The translations under genes were made by a program, and so were the position numbers. DNA of 64,000 nucleotides, taken from the human T2T-CHM13v2.0 reference genome, Homo sapiens. The stretch lies in NCBI RefSeq assembly GCF_009914755.1, contig NC_060926.1, one strand, 5' to 3'. The notes under the pieces were generated by a model, which was not told the origin of the DNA, did not search any database, and saw nothing but the letters and a program-made list of their open reading frames with translations. Below are positions 13,321-31,123 of this stretch, in pieces; the stretch's first letter is position 1, and the number at the start of each line of letters is the position of its first letter.

Positions 13321-13476
13321 GTGGGTTTTTCCTGTAAAAGCAGTTGAAGTCACACTCTAAAATAAGTGATTATATAAGTTTTCTTTATTACCTGTAAAAT
13401 GCTGATTTTTTTAAAGACATGGAAAAGCAAGGCTGAAAAAGGTAGTTCAGAAGGGCTGAGGTGTGTTTTCCAATAG

Positions 13477-14106
13477 AACTCTGCAAGGACCATGGGTTGC
13501 AACGTGTTGCCAATATGTCTTCCATTTTTGTGTCAAGTTTTCTGGTCTTTGAGTCAAGGTAAAGTCATCGGAAGGGTAGTCAGGTCGTTATTGAAGGACA
13601 AAGATGACAATGGCAAAGAGTAGGAGACTCAGCACAGCCTGCAGAATTGGTTTTCAAACGTGCTTCTTGAAAATCCTGCTGGTCATAGGCCATATAAACC
13701 TGACAAGCAAATTTCACAGAGCGGGAGTTTGAACTGGGTTCCAGGGGATTGTTCTAGGGTAGGTGGCTACATAGAATAGCTATGTATGGATCCTGCCCTG
13801 CAACTTCCTCTGCAAAAGGCAACTGGGGGCGGTGGAGGGAGCATTGACTGGGGCTGGGAGAGATGGCTCTACTGAGTGGGGCTCGCTTTGGAGGACTGCA
13901 CCTCAATGCCTTCATGCCACACACTTATCCCGAGTGAGTCCCCGGGCCCTTTGACCTCCCTGACAATACAAGTGGATTATGGTGCCTGGCCCCTCAGACA
14001 TGCCCTGCACTCATCTTCCAAAGTGCTTCTCCCTGCCGTGTGTGTTCTTGGGCTTTTAATGGAGAATGGAAAGGAAACTAGGAAGAAACAATGAGACAGG
14101 GCAAAG
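13477..14106 (+). pseudogene. collagen-like exon remnant
   Basis: ttttccaatAG; LQ-GPW; GDS-AQP-AEL-VFK-RAS-*KS from 13623 (GCA, GCA, GTT, CGT, TGA all one change from GGN); GRN-NET-GQR. Confidence 0.8.
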
Positions 14107-14249
14107 GCTAGCACACTTTTTCTGAGAGTTTTGAAGAGAAATATGTATAAGTGGCTCCCTTTCCAAATGTACCTGCTGATACAAGATATAATATTTAACA
14201 ATGCCACATGGTTAATTTGACCAATACAGTCACATCTTTATAATTGATA

Positions 14250-15725
14250 TGCAGTCAAACATGCTCTATAATGATGTTTTGCTCAGTGATGGACCCCATA
14301 TAGGACAGTGGTCCCATACGATTATAAGGAAGCTGAAACCTTCCCATCATCTAGTGACCCTGAAGCACCCAGCATTCCCCACGTGTTTGGGGTGTGCTGG
14401 TGTAAGCAAACCTACTCTGCTGCCAGGCGTGTAAAAGCCCAAAACCTACAACTATGCGTAGTACATCAGACCTGATAAGGACATTAAATGACCATGACAC
14501 TGACTTATTATTTACTGTACTATCCTTTTGTTATTATTTTAAAGTGTACTCTTACTTATTAAAAATAATTTAATGTAAAAGAGCATCAGGTAGGTCCTTC
14601 AGGAGGTATCCAGAAGTAGGCATCGTTGTCAGAGGAGAAAACAGCTCCATGCCTGTTACTGCCCCTGAAAACCTTCCAATGGGACAAAATGTGGAGGTGG
14701 GAGACAGTGGCGTTGATGTTCCTGACCCTGTGTAGGCCTAGGCTAATGTATGTGTGGTGTCTTAATTTTTAAGAAAAAAATTTAAAAGTTAAAAAAATAA
14801 AATTAAAATGTTATAACATAAGGTTAAAAGAAAGAAAATATTTTAATACAAGCATACAATGTATTGTGTCTTAAGCTGTTGTTACCAAAAAGTCAAAACT
14901 TTTTTAAAACTCAGAAGTTTATACAGTAAAAAAGTTACAGCAAGCTAAAGTTGATTTATTATTTTAAAAAGTGTATTTTAAAATACATTTGGCCAAGCAG
15001 AGTGGCTCACACTTGTAGTCCCAGCACTTTGGGAGACCAAGGTAGGGTGATGGCTTTAGCCTGGGAGTACGAGACCAGCCTAGACAACATGGTAAAGCCC
15101 AGTATCTACAAAAAATACAAAAATTAGCCGGGTGTGGTGGCACATACCTGTGATTCCAGCTACTCAGAGATTGAGGTGGGAGGATTGTTTGAGGCAGAGA
15201 TTGCAGTAAGCTGAGATCGTGCCACTGGACTCAGCCTGGGTGACAGAGTGAAACCCTGTCTCAAAATTAATAAAATAAAATACCAAATGGAAATAAATGT
15301 AATGCAGCCTAAGTGGCGAGTGTTTCTAAAGTCTTCAGTAGTGCACAGCAATGTCCCAGGCCTTCCCATTCACTCACCACTCACGCTCGGACTCGCCCAG
15401 AACCACAGTCCCGCAAGCTGCATTCATGGTGAGTGCCCTATATGGGTGTACCATTTCCTATCTTTTGTACTGTATTTTTACTGTGCCTTTATTATGTTTA
15501 GACACGCATTCTTACCATTGCGTTACAACTGCCTATAGTATTCTGTACAGTAACATCCTCTTCAGGTTTGTAGCCTAGGAGTAATGCCATCTAGCCTAGG
15601 TGTGCAGTAGGCTGTCCCATCTAGATGTGTGTAAGTACTTAACTCTACGATGCTTACACAATGATGGAATCGCCTAATACTACATTTCTCAGGACATATC
15701 CCCGTCTTCAGGGGAGGCACGTCTA
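14250..15725 (+). mobile_element. Tigger3-family DNA transposon (non-autonomous) with a nested Alu
   Basis: Start cagtcaaacatgctctataatgatgttttgctcagtgatggacc and end gaatcgcctaatactacatttctcaggacatatccccgtc resemble Tigger3 termini. Confidence 0.8.
14991..15281 (+). mobile_element. Alu (AluJ-like)
   Basis: Dimeric Alu sequence with A-rich tail. Confidence 0.9.
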
Positions 15726-16063
15726 TGAATTCACAGAGATGCTGTTTGGTACAGGTCACAATGTTGGGTAATGTCACGGGAAGGAATGCAAGCAGTAAAA
15801 CGCATGATCCCTGCACCAGGTAAACTTCATGCCTACCAGAGAACACAAGGCAAAGGTGCACACAATTGCGTGAATATAAGGCATACTGCAGTAAGCGACA
15901 GCCTGAGGCAGCATGTGACAGGAACGCATGAACAGTGCAAGGCTAACCACTCCTCACGCTGGAGGAGTGAGGATGTCTTACAGAAAAGTGCTGAGTCATT
16001 TCCCAGCAGGTGGAAGGATTCCAGATAGCGGAGATGAGAAAAGCGGGAAGCAAAGTAGCATGA

Positions 16064-16407
<344 letters not shown>

Positions 16408-16429
16408 ATGTTCTCTGTTTTTTAAGTCT

Positions 16430-16431
16430 CC

Positions 16432-16463
<32 letters not shown>

Positions 16464-16716
16464 GTGTGTGTGTATATATATATATATGTGTATATATATG
16501 TGTATATATGTGTGTGTATATATATGTGTATATATGTGTATATATATGTGTATATATGTGTATATATATGTGTATATATATGTGTGTGTATATATATACG
16601 TGTATATATACATATATACGTGTGTATATACATATATACGTGTATATACATATATACGTGTATATACATATATATACGTGTATATATATATACACGTATA
16701 TATATATATACACGTA

Positions 16717-16756
<40 letters not shown>

Positions 16757-16785
16757 GCTTTTCCTACACCATTTATATACACACA

Positions 16786-16790
<5 letters not shown>
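16430..16790. repeat. compound (CT)n/(TA)n/(TG)n/(CA)n microsatellite
   Basis: About 360 bp of dinucleotide repeats; source of the six Y/I/V/C/H/T-rich spurious ORFs. Confidence 0.95.
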
Positions 16791-17071
<281 letters not shown>

Positions 17072-17252
17072 TTAATTTATATATTATATTCTATATACAC
17101 ACATAGATGTAAATAAATGTAAAATATTAAAAAATGTGTTAAAACCCTTTAGAACCTATTTACAAAATACTTTTCTAAAACTAATTTTAAATGTGTTACA
17201 AAAAAGAAAAGCTCAAGAGATTTTTCTCTCTCTCTTTTTTTTTAATGGCCAG

Positions 17253-18035
17253 AATAAATATTGGCTGACCTGATGAGACATTTGAAAATCCTTGGACCAT
17301 CTTAACTCTCTAAAATCAAATATTTACCTCCCTGAAGTTCTCAAAATAAAAGCTTCTGCTGGAAGGGTCTTGCCAGCAAAACAAATGTTGGCTGCAGAAT
17401 GTTACCGTTGGCCTGTTAAGACACTACCAAATAAATTGCTTGATTGCCAAATCATACTCTTTGTTTTGAAAATTACTAAGATTGGTCGTATGGCCTGAGA
17501 GTTAAAGTTAGCTTTTTATAGATGAGTATAATTTCATTCTGCAATAGGATTGTCAGTAGAATAGAGTAGTGTTTACTTTATGGATAATATACATTTCAAA
17601 ACATTGTGAAGCTCATATGCAAAGGCAATTACTTGCCCCTAAAATAAATACTCGCTGGAAGATGCACATTTCACATCATTATGTTCAATGGAATGCCAGC
17701 CCCTCCACGAGCTCAGGACCTCTGTAAATGTAAATGTTTATAAAAAGATTTTGCTGTAGAAATAAACCTCAATGATTTGGACTTCACTAACTTGGAATGT
17801 ATAATGTCCCTTGTAGAGACTAGCTTGAAATTCCTCTTTTAAGATAAAGTAAGCATAATTTCAGGGGAACTTTTTAAGCTAGTTAACACATTTTAAGCAC
17901 GGTGGGTAGCATTTATTGGCATGCAAGCAATGTAAATGACTGCTACAAATCACTCTGATGTATGCATTTAAGCAAGTTCCCCCTGGACCCTTAGACATGT
18001 GGACTTTTAACCACTGAGGATTTTGTCATTGATGT
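17253..18035 (+). pseudogene. cluster of collagen-like exon remnants (~17253-17487, 17522-17723, 17760-17848, 17948-18035)
   Basis: ORF 17292 reads SLK-SNI-YLP-EVL-KIK-ASA-GRV; SAI-GLS-VE*-SSV-YFM-DNI; FN-GMP; VPP-GPL. Confidence 0.7.
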
Positions 18036-18094
18036 TTTGTTTTGTTTTACATGTTCTTAAAAATTAATAAAGCTGCATGCATTTTATGCTGTCC

Positions 18095-19292
18095 TCAACT
18101 TTATCTTCTGTACCTAATTTCTATGAGTCGGTAAGGCGTGCTTTGAATAACTACTTTGCTATGTGGCTAGGAAATCAGGTAGCATTTCTTCTTACACACA
18201 CGCTCGATAGTAAAAGACAGCTACCTTATGATCAGTTAAGCCTGAATCTTTCAAAATTCTTCGAGTTTATATAAAACCCAGAATTCTCCAGCAGGATGCT
18301 ATTGCATACGGCACTAGTACCTCACATTAATAATGAATATGTGTTGGGCCCTTGCTGAGTTTTGACTGTGTTCCATACATAAAGACAGCATCCTCTGCCC
18401 TAGAGGCTTGGCATAAATTACCCAGATTAATCAATAGAGAACAGGCCAGCAGAACAGAGAGTAGGAGAGAAAAACGCTATTCTTCTAACTGTGGCTGTGC
18501 AATAATATTGCTTATTATTGAGCATGATATCCAAACTGCACGGAGCTGCTGTCATGGAAAGAGATAATCAGCTTTGCAATGTAAAAATTGTGGAATATCA
18601 GCTCTGCTATACATTAGACTTTTTGAAAAGCAGACATGCCCAACTCTCATTGTTGACGGAGGGGATCGGGGGTGGGGTCTGGCTAGGAAGTTTCTGAAAA
18701 GCCTTAGAGGCAATTCTGATGCATACTGGCTGTTGTTATCAACTGGAAAATGGAAGCTACGTTCTCAAGAGTTGGAGAACCAGAGTGTTACCTTTTTATT
18801 CACCAGGCCCAGGATTGGCAGAGTTAGCAGTCCCACCTGAGCTTTGCTATAATATTGATACAATGTCACACTCTTAAGGGTTGCATTAGGGAATTTACAA
18901 GGAAGGGCATAAGGAATTGTAGTATTTTGTAAAGATGTGTGAGCTTATTTTCAGACTAGAGGCTTGGGTGAATGAAATTTTGTATGTTGAGAGTATTTTG
19001 CCAAATTTTACCAAGCTAGCTTACTAACAAATATTGCTCCCCAAAGCCTTGATCAGAGTTCCCATACTAGGCTGTACATTCAGTTCATGAAATGACCAAG
19101 TAATCCCTTCTGGCTTGATAGAAATGGACCATCCAGGAAGTGGATTTTCTTACAAATATTGTACCTATGACTTGTGTGGCTGTGTCAGTAAAATAAGACC
19201 AGCATGGGTCTGAGACTAGTACTGAGCTGTGATACCTCAGAAACATAGAGGAAATATTTAGCATATTAAGAGACATGGAAGACATAAACATG
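18095..19292 (+). pseudogene. long collagen-like exon remnant(s), interrupted by a MER5-like element
   Basis: ORFs 18077 and 18352: GNQ-VAF-LLT-HTL-DSK-RQL; SFD-CVP-YIK-TAS-SAL; SRT-ESR-REK-RYS-SNC-GCA; after the insertion GLA-ELA-VPP, LK-GCI-REF-TRK-GIR, IPQ-KHR-GNI. Confidence 0.8.
18627..18768. mobile_element. MER5-like hAT element inside a collagen-like exon
   Basis: aaaagcagacatgccc...ggggtggggtctgg...gcaattctgatgca resembles MER5; Gly-X-Y pattern on both sides. Confidence 0.55.
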
Positions 19293-19294
19293 GT

Positions 19295-20398
19295 TCACAC
19301 TGAACTTTTTGAGATGGAAACTCTATTTCCCAAAACCATAAAAAATGCATTAGGTGGAATTAATAGCAGATTAGATACTGCAGAAGAAAAAATTATCATT
19401 ACTTGAAGGCATAGTAATAGAAGCTAGTCAAAATAAACCACAAATAAGTTACTGAAAAAAAGTGAACAGTGCTAAGAGAGTTTTGGGACAACATAAAACA
19501 CCCTAACATACATGTAATTGAAGTTCTGAAAGATAAGGTGGGGAAGCAGAGATAAGCATTGGAATAAATATATCATGGATGAAATTTTTCCAAATTTGTT
19601 GAGAACTCCAAACTCACAAATCCAAGAAGCTCAGCAAACCTCAAGCACACACTCACAAAAGTAGAAAACAACATCATAATCAAGCTGCTTTAAATCAGTG
19701 GCAGGTAGAAGATTTTAAAAGTATCCAGATTACAGGACTGTATACAGAGAAGTAAAGATAAACAGGGTAGCTAATTTCTTGCTAGAAAAAAAAACAGAAA
19801 TCTGAAACCAGTGTATCGTATAAAACATAAAGAGTAAAACCATAAAAACTTCAGAGGAAAACAGGAAATATTTGTGACCTTGGGTTGGGCAAATATCTAT
19901 CTGAGATTACATGAAGAGACTGGATAATAAAAGAAAAATTGATCAACTTGAATTCATCAACATTAAAAATTTTTTCTTTGTTCAAAAGAGATTGATAATT
20001 AAGTGAAAAGACAAGCAAGCCACAGCCTAGAGTAAACATCTTCAAAGCACACACTTGGTAAAGATCTTGTTTCCAGAATTTATCTTACAACTCAGAAAGA
20101 AGATAAACAACCACATAGTAAAGTGGGGAAAATATGTCAACACGTGTTCCACACAAGAAGATATAAAGATGGTAAATAAGCACAGGGGAAGATGCTCACA
20201 ATCCATGGGGAAATAAAAATTAAAAACACCAGGAGCTCCCATGACATGCCTGTTAGAAGGGACAAAATTAAAAGGAGTGACAAGACCAAGTGCTGACAAG
20301 GAGGAAGGACAGTTGACACCCGCACACGTTGCTGGTGGTAATGCAATGAAACCGTTTGGCAGTTTCTTATAAAGTTAAAATATATAATATACACCATA
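19295..20398 (+). mobile_element. old L1M fragments (ORF1 and 3' ORF2)
   Basis: aatagcagattagatactgcagaagaaa, atccaagaagctcagcaaacctcaag and other decayed L1 motifs. Confidence 0.75.
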
Positions 20399-20845
20399 TG
20401 TATGGGCTTCCTAGGGCTGCCAGAACAAAGTACCACAAAACATCACACACAGGCTGGCTTAAACAACATGCATTTATCATCCTGCACTTCTAGGATAGAG
20501 AGCTGAGATCAAGGTGTCGACAGCATTGGTTCCTTCCATGAGCTGTGAAGAAGGATCTGCCCAGGCCCTTTTCTGTTTTCTGGTGATTCATTGGCATCTT
20601 TGTCATCCCTTGGCTTTGAGACACACCTCCCCAATCTCTGCTTGTATGTTCACATGGTGTTTGTCTGTCTCTATGTCCAAATATCTTATTTTTATAAAGA
20701 CAACAGTCATACTGGGTTAGAGCTCACCCTATTTATCTCATTTTAACTTGATTATCTGACAAACCCTATTTTCAAATAAAGTCACATTGGCACTTACTGA
20801 GGGTGAGGACTTGAACATCTTTGGGGTCACGATTTAACCCATCCT
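20399..20845 (-). mobile_element. MLT1B/C-like LTR
   Basis: tgtatgggcttcctagggctgccagaacaaagtaccacaaa...gagatcaaggtgtc. Confidence 0.75.
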
Positions 20846-21499
20846 GCCATAGAACCAAGCAATTTCACACCCAGGTATTTTTCCTCAAGGGGTTTTATGA
20901 AGTTTATATGATATTAAAATCTCAATTGGTCCAACTATTATTTGTAGAATTTTTACTATACCAAGCCCTGCCCTTCAACTTGTACATGCAGGTTGGATGG
21001 GAATAAAAAATTGCTTTCTTCTGGCCTTCAACACATTTATTCAAAATACACTGCATTATTTGCATTGCGTATGATCCTGCTCATGAGAAGCTTCCAGTCT
21101 AGAGGCACATATGAAATGTGGTTCTCAAAACTTACAATGCCAAACAGTACTTCCTGTGTAATAAAAGTTGCAGATAAGGTTTCTAGTACATTCAGAAGAG
21201 CTGTAAACTGTTTTTACTTGAGGAGGATCAGGGATGGCATTATGAAAAAAGTGGCATTTCAGCTCAACTTAAAAATTGTGAACAAAGTAGTTAGAGGGAA
21301 AGGGAATCCAGGCACAGAGAACAGGAAAAGTGAAGTGAAGGAGAAGGGAAAGTAAACAAATACATGCAAGAAACAGTCAACCACGGATAGGCTGAAGCAA
21401 GCTGGGAGAGCACACTGCAGAGAGTGACGAAGCAAGCTTGAAAGGGCCAGGACGCCAGCCTGTGTTCTGGGAACAACAGGGACAAAAGGAGACATATTA

Positions 21500-21727
<228 letters not shown>

Positions 21728-21858
21728 ATGAGAGAGCCACACAGGCAGCCACTCAGTGGGCTACTGAGTAAGTGGAGATCCTGGCTAGCCAGGGGCTCAG
21801 TCCATCCATTTGGTGAGGTTTCCTGTTCAGATAGCTAGCCTGCCAGAAGGCAATTTTC

Positions 21859-25613
<3,755 letters not shown>

Positions 25614-26599
25614 AGAAGCCAATTTTCAATGAACACCAGTGCATTAGAGGAGACGATGGAATAGTTGGAGAGCTTGGTGATCCTTCTGGTGATGCTAAAA
25701 GAGCAGGTCCTTACCTGATGGTGCAGTTTGTTCCACTTTTATGATGAGAAAAGCTCATGATGACACAGTGCTGCTGAAATAATAGGAGCATGGATTTTAT
25801 TTTTGCAGAATTAATGGGATAATTTTCTTCAGAATCAGATCTCTAAATAATCAGTGTTAAAGAGAATGCCAGTAACACAATTTTTAACATCTTTACTCTG
25901 GTGTATGTGTCTTGTGGAGGCATCTAGGGATATAGTTCCAATTGTGCAGACTTGCAAATGTCCCCCATGGCATGCTCTTTCAACGTCAATATCCAGGGAA
26001 ACTCCCTGGGATAAAAATCTGAACATGGCTCAACTTTATTGTGAAAACATAAAATTGGTTATCCAGGGCAACAAAGGAAAATAAATTCTAATCCTTTCCC
26101 TCTCTGCCTGTCCTTGGATGCCATCATAAAGGTGGACATTGGCACCCTCCTCTTCCTGAACACATCCGACGATTCATCCCTCACCCTAAGCATCTCATCA
26201 CCCAATCCATGGAAGTCACCATTGCAGCAGTGCTGCTGCATCATAGAACCCAGTCCCTGAGGACAAGCTTGGTGACTGCTGAGATGGGGCCAGACCTTGG
26301 GGAAAGGTCTTCAGGTTTCCCCAGATGGCTCAGAGACCGTGGGTGTACTCAGCCAGACTTTGCACATATGTAACTCTGCAGGAAAGTGGAGGCTCCCACA
26401 GGAAGGTGACGCTGGATGCCAATCTGTCACTAGAGCACAACAGAATGAGTTTAAGAACAATTGAGTTGAACACACACGTATCATCTCCACAGGTTCCCCA
26501 GAGGGCATTTGAAGCAGGAAGCAAGATGTTTATTGCTATGTAAAGCTCTGGGTTTCCTGGATAAGAAATCTGTTCCTGTATTTCTTTATTTATGTCTGT

Positions 26600-26800
26600 A
26601 CTTCATATATACCCATGGAGAAGAAGAAAATATTTTAGGCAGGAGCATTGCTGAGCTGCAGGTTTGTATTTGAAAGGAAAATGTGTGGCAGTTATTTATT
26701 TTGGAGATGTAAGGGCCAAAGGAGTGTGTGGCTCATTGCAAAACTGAGCTGCAAGTTGAGGCCACTATATAATTTTCCAAGATCCCACAAGAAATCACTG
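26600..26800 (+). pseudogene. collagen-like exon remnant
   Basis: LK-GKC-VAV-IYF-GDV-RAK-GVC-GSL; ends ACTG|gtgaa. Confidence 0.75.
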
Positions 26801-26839
26801 GTGAATTTGAAATGAGAGTCCTTATTTCTTGACTCCTCG

Positions 26840-27460
26840 TTCCCTGTATCTATCATAACAAGCCACCACAAAATTCGGTGGCCTAAAACAACAGCAACCA
26901 TGTATGCTTTGTTGTTGTTGTTTTGAGATGGAGTCTCGCTCTGTCGCCCACGCTGGAGTGCAGTGGCGCGATCTCGGCTCACTGCAAGCTCCGCCCCCTG
27001 GGGTTCACGCCATTCTCTTGCCTCGGCCTCCCGAGTAGCTGGGACTAGGGGCGCCCACCACCACGCCCAGCTAATTTTTTTGTATTTTTTAGTAGAGACG
27101 GGCCATCTATGTTTTTATGAACTACAGCTTGGGCTGGCGTGGACAGCTCATGCCTGTTTCTTGTGGGGTCAGCTGTGTTGGCTCTGGGCCTGGGGATGTA
27201 CCTCCAAGATGCTCGCCCATGAAGCCAGCAGCTCCTGGGAGCTCAGGTGGGGCTTTCATGGCTGACCTCATTACTTCTTTACATGGGTCTCTCCTCTGCG
27301 TTGCTCACAGCATGGCAGCTGTGTTTTAAGACAGGAAGCGGAAGCTGGTTCCCCAAACCGGCAAGTGTCACTTCTGCCATATTCTACTGGTTTAGGAATC
27401 ACAACGCCTGCCAAGATTCAAGAGGACACACAGGCTTCCCAGAACCTGAGGGAAGGCAGT
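26840..27460 (-). mobile_element. old MLT1 LTR with a nested truncated AluY (26908-27101)
   Basis: ataacaagccaccacaaaattcggtggcctaaaacaac...cacttctgccatattctactgg; AluY diagnostic ctgcaagctccgcc..ttcacgccattctc. Confidence 0.75.
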
Positions 27461-27769
27461 CAGTTGGTTTGTGTCTATCGTGGCCTGCCATCCCTTCGGT
27501 ATGTTTCCCAAATGCTACATGGTGTCTTCATTTCACACCATGACTTTTATCACATTTTTATATGTTTTTCCTGCTTAAACATCTCGAATTTGTATTCAAC
27601 CATTGCTTTTTAGAGTTAAACTAAAAGGTTATGTAGCTGTTTACTTATAAGTAACAATTCTGAAGCCTAATAGAGTGAGATGATGTCCAAAGTCAAAGAC
27701 TGAGGTAGTAATGAAAGCATCTAGAATCCAGACGTTCTGACGTCTTGTCTGGTCCCCTGTTCATAACAG

Positions 27770-28082
27770 GGAGCTGACCACACTGAGCTGGACCTTTTAC
27801 TACATGAGTGCTTAGGGTCAATATTGTAGTATGAGGCAGTCATAGAAACACGTATTTCATCTGTAACATAAAATGCTTAAGAAGTTGTACTCCACAATTT
27901 AAAAAATTTGTAACACTTTTGAAAAACAATATCCACTGAAGAAAGAGAATGAGCAAAGTAATCTCAGACACTATGTTATAATATTCTTAGTAGAATTTAA
28001 AAAATAGGAAAAATAAAAACCTGTCTTCTAGCTGAAGCTTCATAAGACCCACCACCTCACGAATACCTCTATGCTGTCTTTG
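27770..28082 (+). pseudogene. collagen-like exon remnant
   Basis: aacAG|GG; A-GPF; GSH-RNT-YFI-CNI; SRI-*KI-GKI; ends TTTG|gtaatt. Confidence 0.6.
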
Positions 28083-28376
28083 GTAATTTTAAAATTATAT
28101 CTCACATCATCAAAATAAATATTACTACAATTGATTTTCACAAAATGGCATTGGACAATAAGAAAAATATGGACGATGATGATGATGATGATAACAGCTT
28201 TTATTTGCTATCAGATTCGCAAATTTGAATGGGTTAACACATTTACTTCTCACAATAACCTTGTCAAGTGGGCTTTGGAGGCTGAGTTTCAGTGTGTTGT
28301 CCAAGGTCTGTAAATTACAGAACTGGAATTCTGTCCATTCTGTCAAATATTTACTACACACCTCCTACTCCTACAG

Positions 28377-29490
28377 GCCTCTGCTCCATGCTCTGGGTAC
28401 AGCATGGACCAGCATGTGCTGGCTGTCTGAACTCACATTGCTCAGGGCCTTGTGGGCTTTGAGGTTGATTTTCCCTGAATTTCTGTTGGCTTATGCTATG
28501 ATAGTTAATTTCATGGGTCAACTTGACTGGGCCACTGGGTGCCCAGAAATCTGATTAAACCTAATCCTGGATGTATCTGTAAGGGTGTTTTCAGATGAGA
28601 TGAGCATTTGGTTAAGTGCACTGAATAAAGCTGATTGTCCTCCCCAGTGCAAGCAAGCCTTATCCAAGGCTTCAGCAGGAGAAATGGCTGAGCAAGAGAG
28701 ATCTTGCTCTCCCTGCGTTGTTGCCTTAGAGAGGGAATATCAGCCTTCTGCCTCTGGACTTGAACTCAGGCTGGAACTTACACCGTTGGCTCTTCTGGGT
28801 CGGGTTCCTCAGCCTCTGTAGTTGCATGTGTCAATTCCTTATAAAAATTCTCTTTTCTCCCCTCCTCTCTCTCTCACACACACACACACACTCTCTTACA
28901 CACACACCCTATTAATTCTGTTTCTCTGAATTACTCTTACACATACACCAAACTTTTGTGATCTATGTAGTGCATCACAAATTAAAATGCATTGAGGGGC
29001 AAGGCAGTAACTTGTAAATGTGTAAGGCAGCCAAGTGTTGTGAGGGAGAGTGGTCTATTTGTGAAGTGGGAACACATCTCCACTTGAAGATCCCACATCA
29101 CTGTCGTTGTTCTGAATGCAGCATGGTCTGAATGACCCAGGACTGTAAGCGCTGTTTCCTGACTTAGAACAACACGGGGATGCCCTGCCTAGGCCTTGCG
29201 CTGTGTTTAGACTTGGCCTTGGTGTGTTCCTTGCATCATGTGTCAGTTCATGTGGAAATGCACAATCTATGGGAGGCCCTCAAATTTTACTGCCCAGTCG
29301 TGCTCTTGACCATTTGGCTAAACATGGTGAGATCTGTTTTCATTTTGAAAAATGCTGTCAGAATCTACTTGAAAGAAGAAAGTAATACTCGCTTTCTCTC
29401 TGTGTCTTGACATCAGTAATAGACAAGCTCCATCCTGAAGTATTTGCAGCTGATGGCAGGAAATCTTTACATCTTGATCTGGACCATGCA
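28377..29490 (+). pseudogene. collagen-like exon remnant split by an MLT2 LTR
   Basis: ctcctacAG|GC; AQ-GLV-GFE; RQP-SVV-RES-GLF; ORF 29203 SSC-GNA-QSM-GGP..AKH-GEI-CFH-FEK-CCQ-NLL-ERR; donor gtgagt. Confidence 0.8.
28495..28948 (+). mobile_element. MLT2 (ERVL) LTR inside a collagen-like exon
   Basis: gatagttaatttcatgggtcaacttgactgggccac...ccctattaattctgtttctctg. Confidence 0.8.
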
Positions 29491-29659
29491 GTGAGTGGTG
29501 TATTTCTCAGTGTGTGAGAAACACACACACGCATATATAAAATCTATACGTATAATATATATATAAAGGTATTTTTTGATGATTGTTTTTATTGAATTTA
29601 ACATTTTCATAATCTTTTTATGTCCAAATTTAAAACATCCTAACACATCTTTTTAAATC

Positions 29660-30336
29660 TAACTGATATAATGAGCTGTAGCTTTGTGTTAGGCCCTAAG
29701 GTATAAATGAAGTTTATTTTACTTTTCCCTTCCAATTTGCCATTGTTACTGTAGCTTAGAGAGAACAGCAAGACTCTTTTCTCTTAGGAAATCGAGATAA
29801 TATAAAGATGTTTTTTTCCCAGAAAAAAATACAAACTTGCTAAATTTTAATACATAATTTTGACAATAAAGTAAAAAATAAATTATATTTTGTTTCTACT
29901 AAAAACATATTTAGAAGCAAAGTGGAGTTTTGTTTTGTTTCAACTATAAAACAATGAACAAAGAAACAGCAATGCACATCTTAAGATAAAATGAAGATGT
30001 GGATTGTGCTACTTAAATAATGGTACATAGAGTGGGTCCCGGGGCCTACTGGGCCCTTTTAGAAGGAAACCACCTTCATCTTCATCAGCGTTTACAGATG
30101 ACCTGTTACGTGCTGGCCACGGTGGTAAAGTAGGGGGATGTCGTGGTGAGGAGGGCACAGTCTTGCTCCCTAAGAAAAACGTTTGGAGGAAGAAACTTAC
30201 ATATGTGTAAAACTACCTCCCCTCTGGCTTCGTGGAATGTCCTGTCGGGGTGAAGCAGTCTTCTCCAGAGAAATACAGTGCGTGGCTTCTGCCTTCATAA
30301 TTAACCTCCAGAATGTCCAAGGCATGAATTCAAGCA
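29660..30336 (+). pseudogene. collagen-like exon remnants (~29660-29870, 29944-30070, 30210-30336)
   Basis: VL-GPK; LL-GNR-DNI; WVP-GPT-GPF; WLR-GMS..GEA-VFS-REI; NLQ-NVQ-GMN. Confidence 0.65.
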
Positions 30337-30369
30337 AGTAAAGAAGCAAAGAGAACAAAGAAACACAAT

Positions 30370-30590
30370 GACAAAACACTTACCCAACATCTACTACTGT
30401 TTCCAAGAACGATTCACATATATTTACTTATGTAATCTTCACAGAACCCAGTGAGTTAGGTACCATATTATTCCACTGTATGGATGAGGAAACTGAGGCA
30501 CAGAGGGGACTTCAGTAACTTGCTTTAAGTTGCACAGGTAGGCCGCACAGCCAGCATCTAACCCCAGACAGCCTCTCCACACAGCCCTTG
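30370..30590 (-). mobile_element. MIR
   Basis: MIR core gatgaggaaactgaggcacagag. Confidence 0.8.
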
Positions 30591-30850
30591 ATCTTGACCT
30601 TGACCTTGACCGCTGTGCAATTCTTGAGACTCTGTTTCCTGTGGTTTTGCAGAAGTTGTGAAAATGGCTCTGCCAGTGTCTCTTTTCCTCAGGTGTGTTC
30701 TCTTCTGCTCCTATTTTACTTCCATGTTCATTCCTCTCCCCCATCTTCTCTTAACCCCAACTGTCACTCAGCCTCCTTAGATCATTGTGCACCCTACCTT
30801 CTCCCATCTGCTAACCTAGAATCTTTCTCTTTTTGGTAAAAAAGTTTCAG

Positions 30851-31099
30851 ATGATAAAATAAGCTTAGATCATACAATCTATGGGTCCTAGCCCTGCAGT
30901 GGGAAGAAGAGTAAAGGAAATTAGACTTATTGAGCTACTTCAAATACAGCAGCGAATGCTTTCACCATTCATTGCTCTCGCACTCAACAGAAGGGGAGTG
31001 AGGAGATGTAACACACCAGGGATGTGCTTTGGCCCATGGTTTTCAAGTCTATATTCAGGACAGAGAGCTGTTTGGCTTGGGTTTCATGACAACTCTATG
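30851..31099 (+). pseudogene. collagen-like exon remnant
   Basis: tttcAG; ORF 30881 GPS-PAV-GRR-VKE..RML-SPF-IAL-ALN..GVR..TP-GMC..GQR..GFH-DNS; ATG|gtgaa. Confidence 0.75.
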
Positions 31100-31123
31100 G
31101 TGAATTAGAAATGCTTGACATCA

